A DNA stretch of 64,000 nt from positions 64,001 through 128,000 of the IMG/VR virus record IMGVR_UViG_3300033121_002101, one strand, 5' to 3'. Positions 10,688 to 20,681 of this stretch are shown here, piece after piece. This stretch comes from a virus (taxonomy: Duplodnaviria; Caudoviricetes). The number at the start of each line of letters is the position of its first letter. Position 1 is the first letter of the stretch. Under the pieces are notes generated by a model. That model was not told the DNA's origin. It saw only the letters and a program-made list of their open reading frames with translations, and searched no databases. The position numbers were made by a program, and so were the translations under genes.

Positions 10688-11331
10688 GCGGCAATAAAAG
10701 AAGAGAAACTGTAAAAGTAGACGATCATGAAGCTCAACTATTCCCACAAGCTACTCCCCCTTCTTCGCCAGGTTCTGGGCAATCAAGACCTGATATGTCA
10801 GGTATTCGCGGCGGTTCTTTTTCTCAGTTATCTGTAGCATCAGGAGATGAATTTCCGTATGACAGAGATGGCAGAGGGAAAATAATGGGTAGAAGCTTTA
10901 CTCCAGGCTCTGTTAAATCAAGCGCATCAGATGAAACAACACCTAGACTTGTACCTGCAAATGAAAAAGATGATGAAGAATTAGAATCACCTTGGGAAAA
11001 ACTAGGTGAAGCAATGGGAATACCATTTAGCGTGTCATTATCATCTAGACAAGGCGCTAATTCTGGTATGTCATCAGTACCAGCTGCGTATACAGATAAT
11101 ACGCATGATGTAGACGATGATGATATTGAAAAAGCTGGCAGTTCTTCTGTTTGGGAAGAAATGGCGAGAATTTTAGATTCTCTTCTTTTGAGAAATAAAG
11201 CAGATAGCCGTGAAACAGTAGAAGATGATGATGATAATGAAACAGTTGATGATGATGACAATGATGATGAATTAGAAGCTAGCAGAACGTGGCGTGGATT
11301 ATCTCAGCCTAATTTTGCAAAAATAGAGTAA
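10684..11331 (+). CDS. Acidic low-complexity hypothetical protein
   Basis: ATGA-coupled start; Asp/Ser-rich. Confidence 0.6.
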   Translation: MSGNKRRETVKVDDHEAQLFPQATPPSSPGSGQSRPDMSGIRGGSFSQLSVASGDEFPYDRDGRGKIMGRSFTPGSVKSSASDETTPRLVPANEKDDEELESPWEKLGEAMGIPFSVSLSSRQGANSGMSSVPAAYTDNTHDVDDDDIEKAGSSSVWEEMARILDSLLLRNKADSRETVEDDDDNETVDDDDNDDELEASRTWRGLSQPNFAKIE

Positions 11332-11366
11332 TAGTTTCGTTATTCATCCATATATGCAGTGAAGAC

Positions 11367-11660
11367 ATGAAGATTACAGTAAAAGAGCTAAAACGACTTG
11401 TTTATGAAGCAGTCGCTGAAGCAAGAAAGAACGATGATCGTTCTAAAAAAAATAAAAAGAAGGGAGCAGCACCTAAAACAAAAAGGGGCCCTGATGGATA
11501 TTTGGAAGATCCCGTACTTGACCTTTCTCGTCCGCCAAGCGGAGGAGGCCGTCTTAAAAGACAAGGTGCGGTTGTCGCTCCACCTGTTTTAACATCTGAA
11601 CAAAAAATTTCTGTAATGATTCAAGGTCTAGTAAAAGAAGCATTAAAAAATAAGAAGTAA
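11367..11660 (+). CDS. Small basic head-module protein
   Basis: MKITVKELKRLVYE leader; Lys-rich. Confidence 0.65.
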   Translation: MKITVKELKRLVYEAVAEARKNDDRSKKNKKKGAAPKTKRGPDGYLEDPVLDLSRPPSGGGRLKRQGAVVAPPVLTSEQKISVMIQGLVKEALKNKK

Positions 11661-11724
11661 GATTTTTGAAATAAAGCGTAAAAAATTACTAGCTTCTACT
11701 TAAACACCAAGAGGACAATAAACG

Positions 11725-12723
11725 ATGGGCGATAGTATTACTGATAAAGCTGTGAGGGACGCGAAAGAGATCGCTGAACTTGCACGTGAAGCGGCGAGGA
11801 ATGAAATATTGGAGAGTATGTCTCCAGGCATTTCAAGACTTGTCGACAGAGCTGTCAAAGATCGACTTGCACAAACGAACATTCTTTCTGAAGGAGATAC
11901 TAAAATGAGTGGTAGCAACAACGACGATCTCGAGCTCGAGTCGATCGCAGGCGTTTTCAGCGGCATTAATGAAGAAGAAGATGAGGGCGACGGTGTGCAT
12001 GTTGACATCGGTTCTCATGACTTAGAAGAAGCAGAAATTCCAGATCTCGATCAAATGGAATCTCTTGATAGTGACCTTGATGAGGAAATAGAAATTGATG
12101 AGGCCGAATTGAACAAACATATGGAAGAAAGCTTAAAGCTTGAAGTTCAAATGTCTAAGGGACTTGCCGACCTAGACCTCTCAGGTAAAGAGGAAGTTGA
12201 CCAAGGAAATGCTGTACACGATGTAAAAGGTGGAGAGCAGTATTTCGGTGATGTAGAGCCTCCTGCAAAGAAAGATTTTACTGTAAAAGAGATTAAAGCT
12301 CTTATACGCAAGGGTCTTGCTGAGAATGAGCGTCTGCGTAAGGAAAACAGAGTTCTTCGCGAGAAATCACAGAAGCTCATGGAACATCTTTCACGCACAA
12401 ACCTTTTCAACTCAAAGGTTCAAGCTGTAAACAGCATTTTCTCTGAGAATCGTGAGCTCAATGGAAAGCAGAAGCGTAGAGTTGTAGAGTCAATTGACAA
12501 AGCAAAGACAGTTTCTGAAGTAAAGAATATTGCGAATGCAATATCAAGCACGCTTGATAAGAGACAAGTCCAAGAGTCTAAGCAGAAGCCAAGAGCAAAT
12601 GCACAAAGACCACGTGGCAAAGGTGCAGACAACAGAACCATTAGAGAGTCTGTAGACAAGTCATCAAACGAATCTCCACTGTATAATCGTTGGCAAGAAC
12701 TTAGTGGAATTGTCAACGGTTGA
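11725..12723 (+). CDS. Prohead core scaffold (gp22-like)
   Basis: Directly upstream of the capsid gene; acidic middle, coiled coil, NLFNSK...IDKAKT, ends RWQELSGI. Confidence 0.8.
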   Translation: MGDSITDKAVRDAKEIAELAREAARNEILESMSPGISRLVDRAVKDRLAQTNILSEGDTKMSGSNNDDLELESIAGVFSGINEEEDEGDGVHVDIGSHDLEEAEIPDLDQMESLDSDLDEEIEIDEAELNKHMEESLKLEVQMSKGLADLDLSGKEEVDQGNAVHDVKGGEQYFGDVEPPAKKDFTVKEIKALIRKGLAENERLRKENRVLREKSQKLMEHLSRTNLFNSKVQAVNSIFSENRELNGKQKRRVVESIDKAKTVSEVKNIANAISSTLDKRQVQESKQKPRANAQRPRGKGADNRTIRESVDKSSNESPLYNRWQELSGIVNG

Positions 12724-12792
12724 TTTAACAACAACATAGATATTAGATTATAGTAGTAATTTTTAAAGAAAGTAACGAAAGGAAACACGACG

Positions 12793-14481
12793 ATGGGTCT
12801 CAACGTACTGAACGAGCAGCTCACAGAGGGGCTCGTCGAGCGCAACATGATAAAAGAGTCAAAGAGATTAGTAGAAAAGTGGTCAAAGACTGGTCTACTC
12901 GCAGGAAACATCAGCGAAGGTCGCAAGGCAACACTTGCGAGACTGATGGAAAACCAAGCAGGCTGGCTTCTGAAAGAAGCGAACGTTCAAGCTGATATTA
13001 TCGGCTTCCAAAACGTTGCTTTCCCAATGATTAGACGTGTATTCGGTGGGCTCATCGCAAATGAGCTTGTCGGTGTACAACCGATGTCATTACCATCAGG
13101 ACTCATCTTCTACATGGACTATCGCTATGACACTGTAAAGGCTGGTAACACAGCAGATGACTTTGCAGTTGGTTCAAGCGTGTTCGGTACAAGACAGAAC
13201 CTGCAATCGCAAGATGGTGCTGGCGCGTTCTACAACTTGGGTGGAACTTCTTTCTCACAACGTGAACGCGTATCGACAGCCACATTCTCAGGTTCATGGT
13301 CAACTCCAAACATGGGAGATATTGATCACGATCCAGATCTTTCAGGTTCATTCTCAGCTTTAAGGAAGTTGACACTGACATCTGCATACTCAATCCTGCA
13401 AGGATCGGGTTCTCTTTACGGAACGGCTGACCTTAAGCAGTGGGTACCACTGTCTGGTACATCAACGTCGTTTACATCGACAAGTGATGGTACACCAGTA
13501 GCTGTTGGTGCAACAACAACAGACGTTGCAAAGGTTTACAGACGCTTTACAAAAGTATCTGGTAACGATCTTGTGTTTATCGTTTCAGGTTCTGCTGCAA
13601 CACTTGGAAACATTGCTGGTAATACAGCACTCAAGGTTTCATACCTTGTAGGTGCTACACTGACAGGTGGTACATCAGGTACAATGGTACTTGACCCATA
13701 TGAGTCAGACATGGCAGCTTCGCCAACACCACAAATTCCAGAACTTGACTTTAGAATTCAGAGTGAAGCTGTTACAGCTCAGTCAAGAAAACTGAAAGCT
13801 AAGTGGACCCCAGAGCTTGCTCAGGACCTCGCAGCTTACCAGAACCTTGACGCAGAAGTAGAGCTCACAACTCTGATGTCAGAGCAAGTTGCTCTTGAAA
13901 TCGATCGTGAAATTCTGCAAGATATTCTTGTTGGTGCAACTGGCGCACGCATGTACTGGTCACGTAAGCCAGGTAACTTTGTTGATAAGAACACTGGTGC
14001 TGCTCTCACAGGCACATCATTCACAGGTAACGTACAAGATTGGTACTCAACTCTCGTTGAGAGATGTATTGATGCTGGAAACGCTATCCACAACAAGACA
14101 CTGCGTGGAACTGCAAACTTCCTGGTATGTAACCCAGTTGTTTGCACAATCCTTGAGTTCACACTCGCATTCAAGGCGCAAATGTCGCTCGATCCAAAGG
14201 AGTCTACTTTCACAGTAGGTGCTGAAAAGGCTGGTAGCTTGTCAAACAAGTATACAGTTTATAAGGACCCATACTTCCCAAAGAGCAAGATTCTGATTGG
14301 ATATAAGGGAACTGGATATCTTGAAGTTGGTTATATCTACGCTCCATATGTGCCACTGATTGTAACACCAACAATCTATGCACCAGAAGACGGTACACCA
14401 CGCAAGATGATGATGACGAGATATGCTAAGAAGATGGTTCGCTCTGACTTCTATGCAACAATCACTGTAATGGACCTCTGA
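12793..14481 (+). CDS. gp23: Major capsid protein (T4 gp23-like)
   Basis: LVEKWSKTGLL, VQPMSLPSGLIFY, SRKLKAKWTPELAQDL, EIDREI, YAPYVPL, MTRYA. Confidence 0.97.
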   Translation: MGLNVLNEQLTEGLVERNMIKESKRLVEKWSKTGLLAGNISEGRKATLARLMENQAGWLLKEANVQADIIGFQNVAFPMIRRVFGGLIANELVGVQPMSLPSGLIFYMDYRYDTVKAGNTADDFAVGSSVFGTRQNLQSQDGAGAFYNLGGTSFSQRERVSTATFSGSWSTPNMGDIDHDPDLSGSFSALRKLTLTSAYSILQGSGSLYGTADLKQWVPLSGTSTSFTSTSDGTPVAVGATTTDVAKVYRRFTKVSGNDLVFIVSGSAATLGNIAGNTALKVSYLVGATLTGGTSGTMVLDPYESDMAASPTPQIPELDFRIQSEAVTAQSRKLKAKWTPELAQDLAAYQNLDAEVELTTLMSEQVALEIDREILQDILVGATGARMYWSRKPGNFVDKNTGAALTGTSFTGNVQDWYSTLVERCIDAGNAIHNKTLRGTANFLVCNPVVCTILEFTLAFKAQMSLDPKESTFTVGAEKAGSLSNKYTVYKDPYFPKSKILIGYKGTGYLEVGYIYAPYVPLIVTPTIYAPEDGTPRKMMMTRYAKKMVRSDFYATITVMDL

Positions 14482-14507
14482 TAGAGTAACGAAGATTGTT
14501 AACTAAC

Positions 14508-14543
14508 ATGGCAACCAACGGAAGTTGGTTGCCATTGTGTTAT
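14508..14543 (+). terminator. Intrinsic terminator after the capsid gene
   Basis: Perfect 12-bp stem ATGGCAACCAAC/GTTGGTTGCCAT with GGAA tetraloop and a T-rich tail. Confidence 0.75.
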
Positions 14544-14551
14544 TATAATTC

Positions 14552-14887
14552 ATGTCATCGGTAAAAACAAAGGCAAAAACAAAAAAGAAGACAAAACAGA
14601 AAATTAATTCTGTGCGAGATGATATTGATTTAGAATCATATAACTTTAAAAGAAAGTTTGTTTTAGTAAAAGTAGATGAATTAGCAGATGACTTCAAGTA
14701 TCCACCAGATGTTTGGCTTCTTGGAAATGATTTAGAATCTGCAAAAAAGAAATTTATTGAAATGACTAAAACAGGACAAGTCTGTGTTAGTGATTGTGAT
14801 TATGCAATTTGCGTGCTGGATATAGCTTGTCTTGTTAATCCACCAGAAGTTATTACATTTACTGATTCTGTGAATTTTTATTCGTAA
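14552..14887 (+). CDS. Small protein with Lys-rich N-tail (copy 1 of 3)
   Basis: KTKAKTKKKTK tail followed by an acidic core; preceded by TGTTATTAT extended -10-like element. Confidence 0.65.
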   Translation: MSSVKTKAKTKKKTKQKINSVRDDIDLESYNFKRKFVLVKVDELADDFKYPPDVWLLGNDLESAKKKFIEMTKTGQVCVSDCDYAICVLDIACLVNPPEVITFTDSVNFYS

Positions 14888-14915
14888 AAAAGTGATTGAA
14901 AAAAGGAGAAATTTT

Positions 14916-15215
14916 ATGGCTAAGAAGAAGACTGCGACTGCAAACGATAAGAAGTTGAAGGCTCTTGAGAAGAAGCTTTATTTTATTTGTGATAAAGACG
15001 ATCTTGATGATGAGAATGAGTCTGAATGCATTGAAGGAGCGAACCTTTTTATTGCAACTGAAGAGTGCCTTGAAGAGCACATTTCAAAGTATGCAAAAGA
15101 TAGAGCTGATGATCAAGGGTATGATCTTGATGAATTGAGCTTTGTTGTTTTTGAGGTGAAGAAAGTTGGAGATGTATCTGTTTCTTCGAATCCTGTCGTT
15201 AAACTTTCAAAGTGA
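14916..15215 (+). CDS. Small protein with Lys-rich N-tail (copy 2 of 3)
   Basis: SD AGGAG at 14904-14908; MAKKKTAT, acidic core, FVVFEV. Confidence 0.7.
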   Translation: MAKKKTATANDKKLKALEKKLYFICDKDDLDDENESECIEGANLFIATEECLEEHISKYAKDRADDQGYDLDELSFVVFEVKKVGDVSVSSNPVVKLSK

Positions 15216-15218
15216 TAA

Positions 15219-15485
15219 ATGATTATGGCTTCTAAAAAAACTTCAAAGAGAGCAGTAGAAAAAGTTAAAAAGTATGTTTTTTGGAGACTTGAAGATGAAC
15301 ACTCAAGTTCTATTGATGAAGTATTCCACGTTGAATGTTTGAAATGTGATTTGCCAAAAAAGATAGAAGAATTCTTTGACGCAAGAACAATCAATTATTC
15401 AGATTCTACTTTTTGCGTTTTTGAATTAGCTGAAGTTGACGGCAAATCGCTTTTTAAATTTGAAAAGAAAGTAACACTTTACTAA
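15219..15485 (+). CDS. Small protein with Lys-rich N-tail (copy 3 of 3)
   Basis: MASKKTSK, acidic core, FCVFEL. Confidence 0.65.
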   Translation: MIMASKKTSKRAVEKVKKYVFWRLEDEHSSSIDEVFHVECLKCDLPKKIEEFFDARTINYSDSTFCVFELAEVDGKSLFKFEKKVTLY

Positions 15486-15785
15486 ATGATAGTAATTCCA
15501 AAAGATGATTATGTTTTAGTCGTGCCATCTGAAATATCAGATCGACTTGAATCTGGCTTATACGTTCCTCAGACAGCTGAAGATCGTGGTGCAGTTAGGT
15601 GCACTGTCGTAGATGTCGGTCTTGGCAACTTTGTGAATGGTGCAAGAGTACACCCTGATGTACGCAAGGGTGATGAAGTTCTTCTTGCTCCGTATTGTAA
15701 TAACAGTGGAATTGAAGTAAGAATCTCTGGCAAGAAACATTTGCTTGTAAGATCAAATGATATTGTTGCGATTATAAGAGATTAA
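15486..15785 (+). CDS. groES: Co-chaperonin GroES (functional analogue of T4 gp31)
   Basis: PKDDYVLV, SGLYVP mobile loop, VVDVGLG, VRKGDEVL, DIVAII. Confidence 0.9.
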   Translation: MIVIPKDDYVLVVPSEISDRLESGLYVPQTAEDRGAVRCTVVDVGLGNFVNGARVHPDVRKGDEVLLAPYCNNSGIEVRISGKKHLLVRSNDIVAIIRD

Positions 15786-15814
15786 GTATTTAAAATTTAA
15801 ATTCTCTGTAAGCC

Positions 15815-15858
15815 AAAGGCCAATCATTAGCGAATAATTAAGCTAATGATTGGCCTTT
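15815..15858. repeat. 17-bp perfect inverted repeat covering the next start codon
   Basis: AAAGGCCAATCATTAGC, 10-nt loop, GCTAATGATTGGCCTTT; the ATG at 15846 is in the 3' arm. Confidence 0.85.
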
Positions 15859-18569
15859 CTGCTATTGATAAGAGACTGCAAGAGTCATTTGGAATCAAGA
15901 AAAACATTGATGAAGTGACTGTTGGCAATATGGTTAGATTGATGGGAATCCCTGAAACAGATGCTATTAGATTACATTCACTTTATGGCAACTCAAATGT
16001 AATCGCAGAAGCATATAAAGTTTATTACGATTTTTACAAAAAAAATCAAATATCTGATCAAGTGTTCATGTATTTGCTTTCTAATTTTGTAAAGCAATAT
16101 AAAAACTTACTCGAAGAAATGAGAGAATTCTTCAAAAGATTCCCAAAAGAAGAATTAATATTCGTTAAAAGAATAAAAAACAAAGAGTTTACAGATGTTG
16201 ATGATTTGTTTTCTGCGTTTAAACATTTAAGCATTGAAAAACAGTATAGAAAGCCAAACTTACCAGTTGTATTGTCGTTTGATGATGGATTTAGATGGGT
16301 CTTATTAAGGAATCAAAAAGACTGTGATGATGAGGGTATCTTGATGAAGCACTGCGGAGGAGCACATGGAACAATGTATTCTCTCAGAGATTCAAATGAT
16401 AAGCCACACGTCACTGCAGACGTAGAATATTTGGGTAATGAAGACTGGAAAAACATGATTTCTCAACTTAGAGGAAGAGCAAACACACAACCAAAAGAAC
16501 AATATACTGCTTACATTGTCGCGTTTGCTAAAAAAATGAATGCAATTTTATATGACAAAGAACTTGATAAAGAATATAAAAAAAATATAAACTTAAAAGC
16601 TTTCTTTGATAAGAAAATAGACAATGATTCGTTAACTGAAATGACTGTAGGAAATATGGTCAGGTTAATGAAAATTCAAGAAAAAGATGCTAAAATATTG
16701 TATTCTGCTTTTGGAAATTCAAACATAGCACCTGTAATGTATAAGCTTTATATCAGTGCATTTCAAAATTACGATGACAGTGATGACTCTTTTAGTATGG
16801 CTGATAACTTTATTAAGCAATACAGTAAAACAGTTGAAGAAATGAAAGAGTTCTTTAAAAGATTTCCAAAAATAGAATCTTCTTTTATAAAGAAGATACA
16901 AAGCGAAGAAATAACTGAAATTTCAGAATTTATATATCAATTTAAGCATTTAGAATCTGAAAAAATACCACAGAAAAATCATGAAAAATTATTAAGTTTT
17001 GAAGATGGTTATAGTTGGGTTTTGATAGACGATGAAAAAGGATGTAGAGATGAAGGAGGTTTAATGAAACACTGTGGACAAGCAGTTGGTAAAATGCTCT
17101 CACTGAGAGATGAATATAACAAACCGCATGTAACAGTTGATCTTATACCAAGAAGCAAAATAAGGAGATCAGATGAGCTTGACAAGTTCAAAGATATAAT
17201 ACATCAACTCAGAGGATATGCAAATTCAATACCAAAACAAAAATATTTTGGTAAAATTATTGCTTTGATGAAAAAAGTAAATGCACCAATAACAGATAAA
17301 ATGGTTAAAGGTGAAATTGTACATGCTTTAAATTTAAAAGCTCTTGGATTTGATTATCCAAAAGATTTAGAAGAATGGGATGAAGAATACTTTGGAGACA
17401 ACGATGACATGATTGACAATGAGTCAGTTGTTCATGAAGCTCCGACAAAAAAAGATTCTCCTGCAATAACAGCTCAGAGAAATTTGCCAAGAGAAATTGT
17501 TAATGCAATAACTTCACAGTCTACTTTAAGACAAACAGTTTGGTCGCTTTCACATCTGCCAAAAGGAACACAATCTGCTCGTTTAATTCGCTACATGGAA
17601 GATAAAGGTTGGAGATCTTTTACAGTAAATGGTAAAAAGCTTTTCTATCATGCTAGAACTTATAAACTAAGAGAGCCAGTAAAGTCAGTTCCGCAAACTC
17701 TATACGGCATCTATTCTCTTCTGAAACCACTTGAACAAGATGACATGGGAAGAGAAATGGTTGATTTAAAGCTGCAAAAGCTTTGGGGAATCAGAGAAAT
17801 ACCAGGGTCTAGCGGAATGGAATTTGTGCAGTCTTCTGTTCCATCTGAAAGACTTCTTAGATATCTTACATCTGTTGCTCCTAATGCAAACGAATTAGCT
17901 GATCAGCTATACAGACATACTGGAATATCAATTGAGCCAATAACTTCTACAATGGAAATTGGTACGCCAGTAGATTACAAAAACGCTTCAAGAACTGATT
18001 TACCGGACGGTGTGTTACCAGAAGATATTATTGTAATTGCAGAAGGTGGGTCAATGTATTCACTTCTTGCAAAAAACTTTACCGCAGGTGTAGTTCATGA
18101 TTCGAGTGCAGTTATTGATTCAGGATCTATAAAAGTACAAGGAAAACAAGACCCAACACCAAGTTCTGCACGTGGAGAACCGTCAGCGTCTGGTCTTGGA
18201 AAAGACTGGGAAGATTTAAGAAGCAAATATGGAATGAACAAAAATAAAGATTTTGGAAAAGAAAATTTTGATGATGTTCAAGAAGACAATGTAAAAATTG
18301 TTGGCACAGGATTTCTTTGGAGAGTTTATAAAAAAGCAAAAGAATCAAATGTTCAGTCAATATTCTTGGTCCAAGAAGGATCAAAATCGATCGATACAAT
18401 GAGAGCTTCACTTAGCTACTCACGCGGCGGAATATACGATGAAAATGTTAGAGTTGCAAGAAATATAAGAAAAACGGGTGGGCTTCCAATAAGAGCTGGA
18501 AAGTGGGAAACAGAAGATCTTGGCAAGTATCTAAGAATGTTTCACAGAGATTATGGAACCACGCTGTGA
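15846..18569 (+). CDS. 907-aa protein with two tandem PcfJ-like modules and an unknown C-terminal half
   Basis: Two ~240-aa repeats: TVGNMVRLM...GNSN...EG.LMKHCG...SLRD...KPHVT...QLRG.AN...NLKA. Confidence 0.7.
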   Translation: MIGLSAIDKRLQESFGIKKNIDEVTVGNMVRLMGIPETDAIRLHSLYGNSNVIAEAYKVYYDFYKKNQISDQVFMYLLSNFVKQYKNLLEEMREFFKRFPKEELIFVKRIKNKEFTDVDDLFSAFKHLSIEKQYRKPNLPVVLSFDDGFRWVLLRNQKDCDDEGILMKHCGGAHGTMYSLRDSNDKPHVTADVEYLGNEDWKNMISQLRGRANTQPKEQYTAYIVAFAKKMNAILYDKELDKEYKKNINLKAFFDKKIDNDSLTEMTVGNMVRLMKIQEKDAKILYSAFGNSNIAPVMYKLYISAFQNYDDSDDSFSMADNFIKQYSKTVEEMKEFFKRFPKIESSFIKKIQSEEITEISEFIYQFKHLESEKIPQKNHEKLLSFEDGYSWVLIDDEKGCRDEGGLMKHCGQAVGKMLSLRDEYNKPHVTVDLIPRSKIRRSDELDKFKDIIHQLRGYANSIPKQKYFGKIIALMKKVNAPITDKMVKGEIVHALNLKALGFDYPKDLEEWDEEYFGDNDDMIDNESVVHEAPTKKDSPAITAQRNLPREIVNAITSQSTLRQTVWSLSHLPKGTQSARLIRYMEDKGWRSFTVNGKKLFYHARTYKLREPVKSVPQTLYGIYSLLKPLEQDDMGREMVDLKLQKLWGIREIPGSSGMEFVQSSVPSERLLRYLTSVAPNANELADQLYRHTGISIEPITSTMEIGTPVDYKNASRTDLPDGVLPEDIIVIAEGGSMYSLLAKNFTAGVVHDSSAVIDSGSIKVQGKQDPTPSSARGEPSASGLGKDWEDLRSKYGMNKNKDFGKENFDDVQEDNVKIVGTGFLWRVYKKAKESNVQSIFLVQEGSKSIDTMRASLSYSRGGIYDENVRVARNIRKTGGLPIRAGKWETEDLGKYLRMFHRDYGTTL

Positions 18570-18596
18570 CAGTAATACTTACTTGAAGGGATTAAA

Positions 18597-18911
18597 ATGT
18601 TTACACCATCAATATTCGCGCCGATAGTTTCTGGAAGCTGGAAAATAAGTAGAGTACAAGCCAGTGCAACACCTGTTTTACTGCTTTCTGGGTCTTCATT
18701 TGGAAGAAGAGAAGCTGCAATTTATAACCACGGAAGCGGTTCACTTTACATTGCACCGGGCCCAAACGTTAGCGTAAATTATTTTGCAGCTAAAATAGGA
18801 TCTGGTTCATATTACGAAATGCCAATTCCAACATACCAAGGAGAGGTGTATGGAATATGGGATGCAGCAAATGGCTGGGCAATGATAAGCGATAAACAAT
18901 CAGGAGAATGA
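18597..18911 (+). CDS. Small beta-rich virion protein (paralog of 26866-27171)
   Basis: RREAAIYNHGSGSLYI...PIPTYQGEVYGIW; four SGS motifs. Confidence 0.65.
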   Translation: MFTPSIFAPIVSGSWKISRVQASATPVLLLSGSSFGRREAAIYNHGSGSLYIAPGPNVSVNYFAAKIGSGSYYEMPIPTYQGEVYGIWDAANGWAMISDKQSGE

Positions 18912-19016
18912 GTCGGTGGATATCCACAGATCACAAGGTTATACGTTGTATATGCATACCATATATGCCTTGGCCTATATTAAACAAGTTGGCTGTGTGA
19001 ACGGTGGAGGTTATGT

Positions 19017-20150
19017 ATGACATTTGCAAGCGGCAGTAGCACACCATTCGGAATATTTGATGGAGACGCAGCATTCAGATTAGATGCTGATAAAGTACTT
19101 GAATACGTTGCTAGAAGATTGGGAGATTCTCACGTTCAAGTAGAATTAAGCTCATCAGATGTTTATGCAGCATTTGAAGAATCTGCTATGGAATATAGCA
19201 GCTTAGTAAACGCATATCAAGCAAAATCTGTCATGTCATCTTTCTTGGGCACGTCGACTGGCAGCATGACAGGTGCTGAAAATACATACCCACAAAATAG
19301 CTTAGAGTGGGCAAGACGTCAAGCAGAATCTTATTCTGAGCTTGCTGGATTAAACTCTCATGCTGCTTTGCATAAGACTTCTATTACACTTACATCTGGT
19401 CAACAAGACTATGATTTGCAGCTGTTGATTTCACCAACAGGATCAGATGGTCTTCCTAGAAGAATGATTATATCAGAAATATATCATTACGCTCCGCTTA
19501 CAGCACAAAGAATGTTCGGAACAACTTCATTCTTGAACTATTTGGATTCACAGTTTAAATTTGAGAGCTACACTCCAGAGACGGTGTTTTATCTTCTACC
19601 GATCTGGGAAGACATTCTACGTGGTATGCAGTTTGAAACGTCAAACAGAGTAAGAAGAAGCAATTACAGTTATGCACTCCATGACAATGTTCTTACTTTA
19701 TATCCGCAACCAACAACTGGTGGAACTTTATGGTTGACATACAGAATAGCTGAAGCAACTCCGCTCGGCGGGTCTGGTACATCTGCAGATCCATCTGTTC
19801 ATGGCGTTGCAAATGTGTCAAATATTCCATTTGGAAATATAGAATATTCAAAGCTCAATTCTCTCAGCAAGAGGTGGATATGGCAAATGACTCTTGCCAT
19901 TTCAAAAGAGACAATGGGATATATTAGAAGAAAGATAAACAGCATACCAGTGCCAGGTGGTGATTCTGTTACACTAGACGGAGCTGATCTTGTTTCAGAT
20001 GCACGTTCAGAAATGGAAAGACTCAGGTCAGATCTAAAAGAATTGCTTGAAGATATGACATATGACAAGCTTGCTGAAAGAGAATCTCAGAAAACTCAAT
20101 CACTATTAGATGCAATGAAACAAGTCCCACTGAAAATATTCGTAGGATAA
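19017..20150 (+). CDS. Neck protein (T4 gp13-like)
   Basis: RRLG...VQVEL, GQQDYDL, KETMGYIRRK..SIPVPG...LDG pattern; position in the neck module. Confidence 0.8.
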   Translation: MTFASGSSTPFGIFDGDAAFRLDADKVLEYVARRLGDSHVQVELSSSDVYAAFEESAMEYSSLVNAYQAKSVMSSFLGTSTGSMTGAENTYPQNSLEWARRQAESYSELAGLNSHAALHKTSITLTSGQQDYDLQLLISPTGSDGLPRRMIISEIYHYAPLTAQRMFGTTSFLNYLDSQFKFESYTPETVFYLLPIWEDILRGMQFETSNRVRRSNYSYALHDNVLTLYPQPTTGGTLWLTYRIAEATPLGGSGTSADPSVHGVANVSNIPFGNIEYSKLNSLSKRWIWQMTLAISKETMGYIRRKINSIPVPGGDSVTLDGADLVSDARSEMERLRSDLKELLEDMTYDKLAERESQKTQSLLDAMKQVPLKIFVG

Positions 20151-20151
20151 A

Positions 20152-20670
20152 ATGGCAAGACTGTTTATAACAACAAAAGAATATGCTTTAATTTCAGCAA
20201 TTAACAAAGAGTTGATTCAGCATATTAGTTTGCAAGAAGTCATATACTATTCTATATCAAGAGACTTTACAGATGTAAAAAACATTTATGGAGAAACAAT
20301 AGAGAAAAGGTATTTAGATCCTGTTCGCTTGAACTGTCTTGTAAGATTTGACAATCCAACAGTTAAGTCTACTGATTTGGGATTAGATTCTGTTTATAGT
20401 CTTGAAGTATATGCTTTAAATGATGAACTAACAGAAAGAAACCTGTCTCCAACAGAAGGTGACTTCTTAGAGTACGGTCAGATATTTTTTGAAGTAACAG
20501 CAGTAACACAGCCGCAGTTAGTATACGGACACATAGATAACAAGTTGATGAGAAAGTTAATTTGTGTGCCCTCAAGAGAGGGACAATTCTCAGCTGAATC
20601 CTATTCAGGAGAAGGGGTTGATAATAGTCATCAAGTACAACCTCCTTTGCCGAAAAACCCAAGACGTTAA
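20152..20670 (+). CDS. Neck/head-completion protein (T4 gp14-like)
   Basis: NIYGE, PTEGDF, FFEV motifs; follows the gp13-like gene. Confidence 0.75.
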   Translation: MARLFITTKEYALISAINKELIQHISLQEVIYYSISRDFTDVKNIYGETIEKRYLDPVRLNCLVRFDNPTVKSTDLGLDSVYSLEVYALNDELTERNLSPTEGDFLEYGQIFFEVTAVTQPQLVYGHIDNKLMRKLICVPSREGQFSAESYSGEGVDNSHQVQPPLPKNPRR

Positions 20671-20681
20671 TAGGAGACAGT

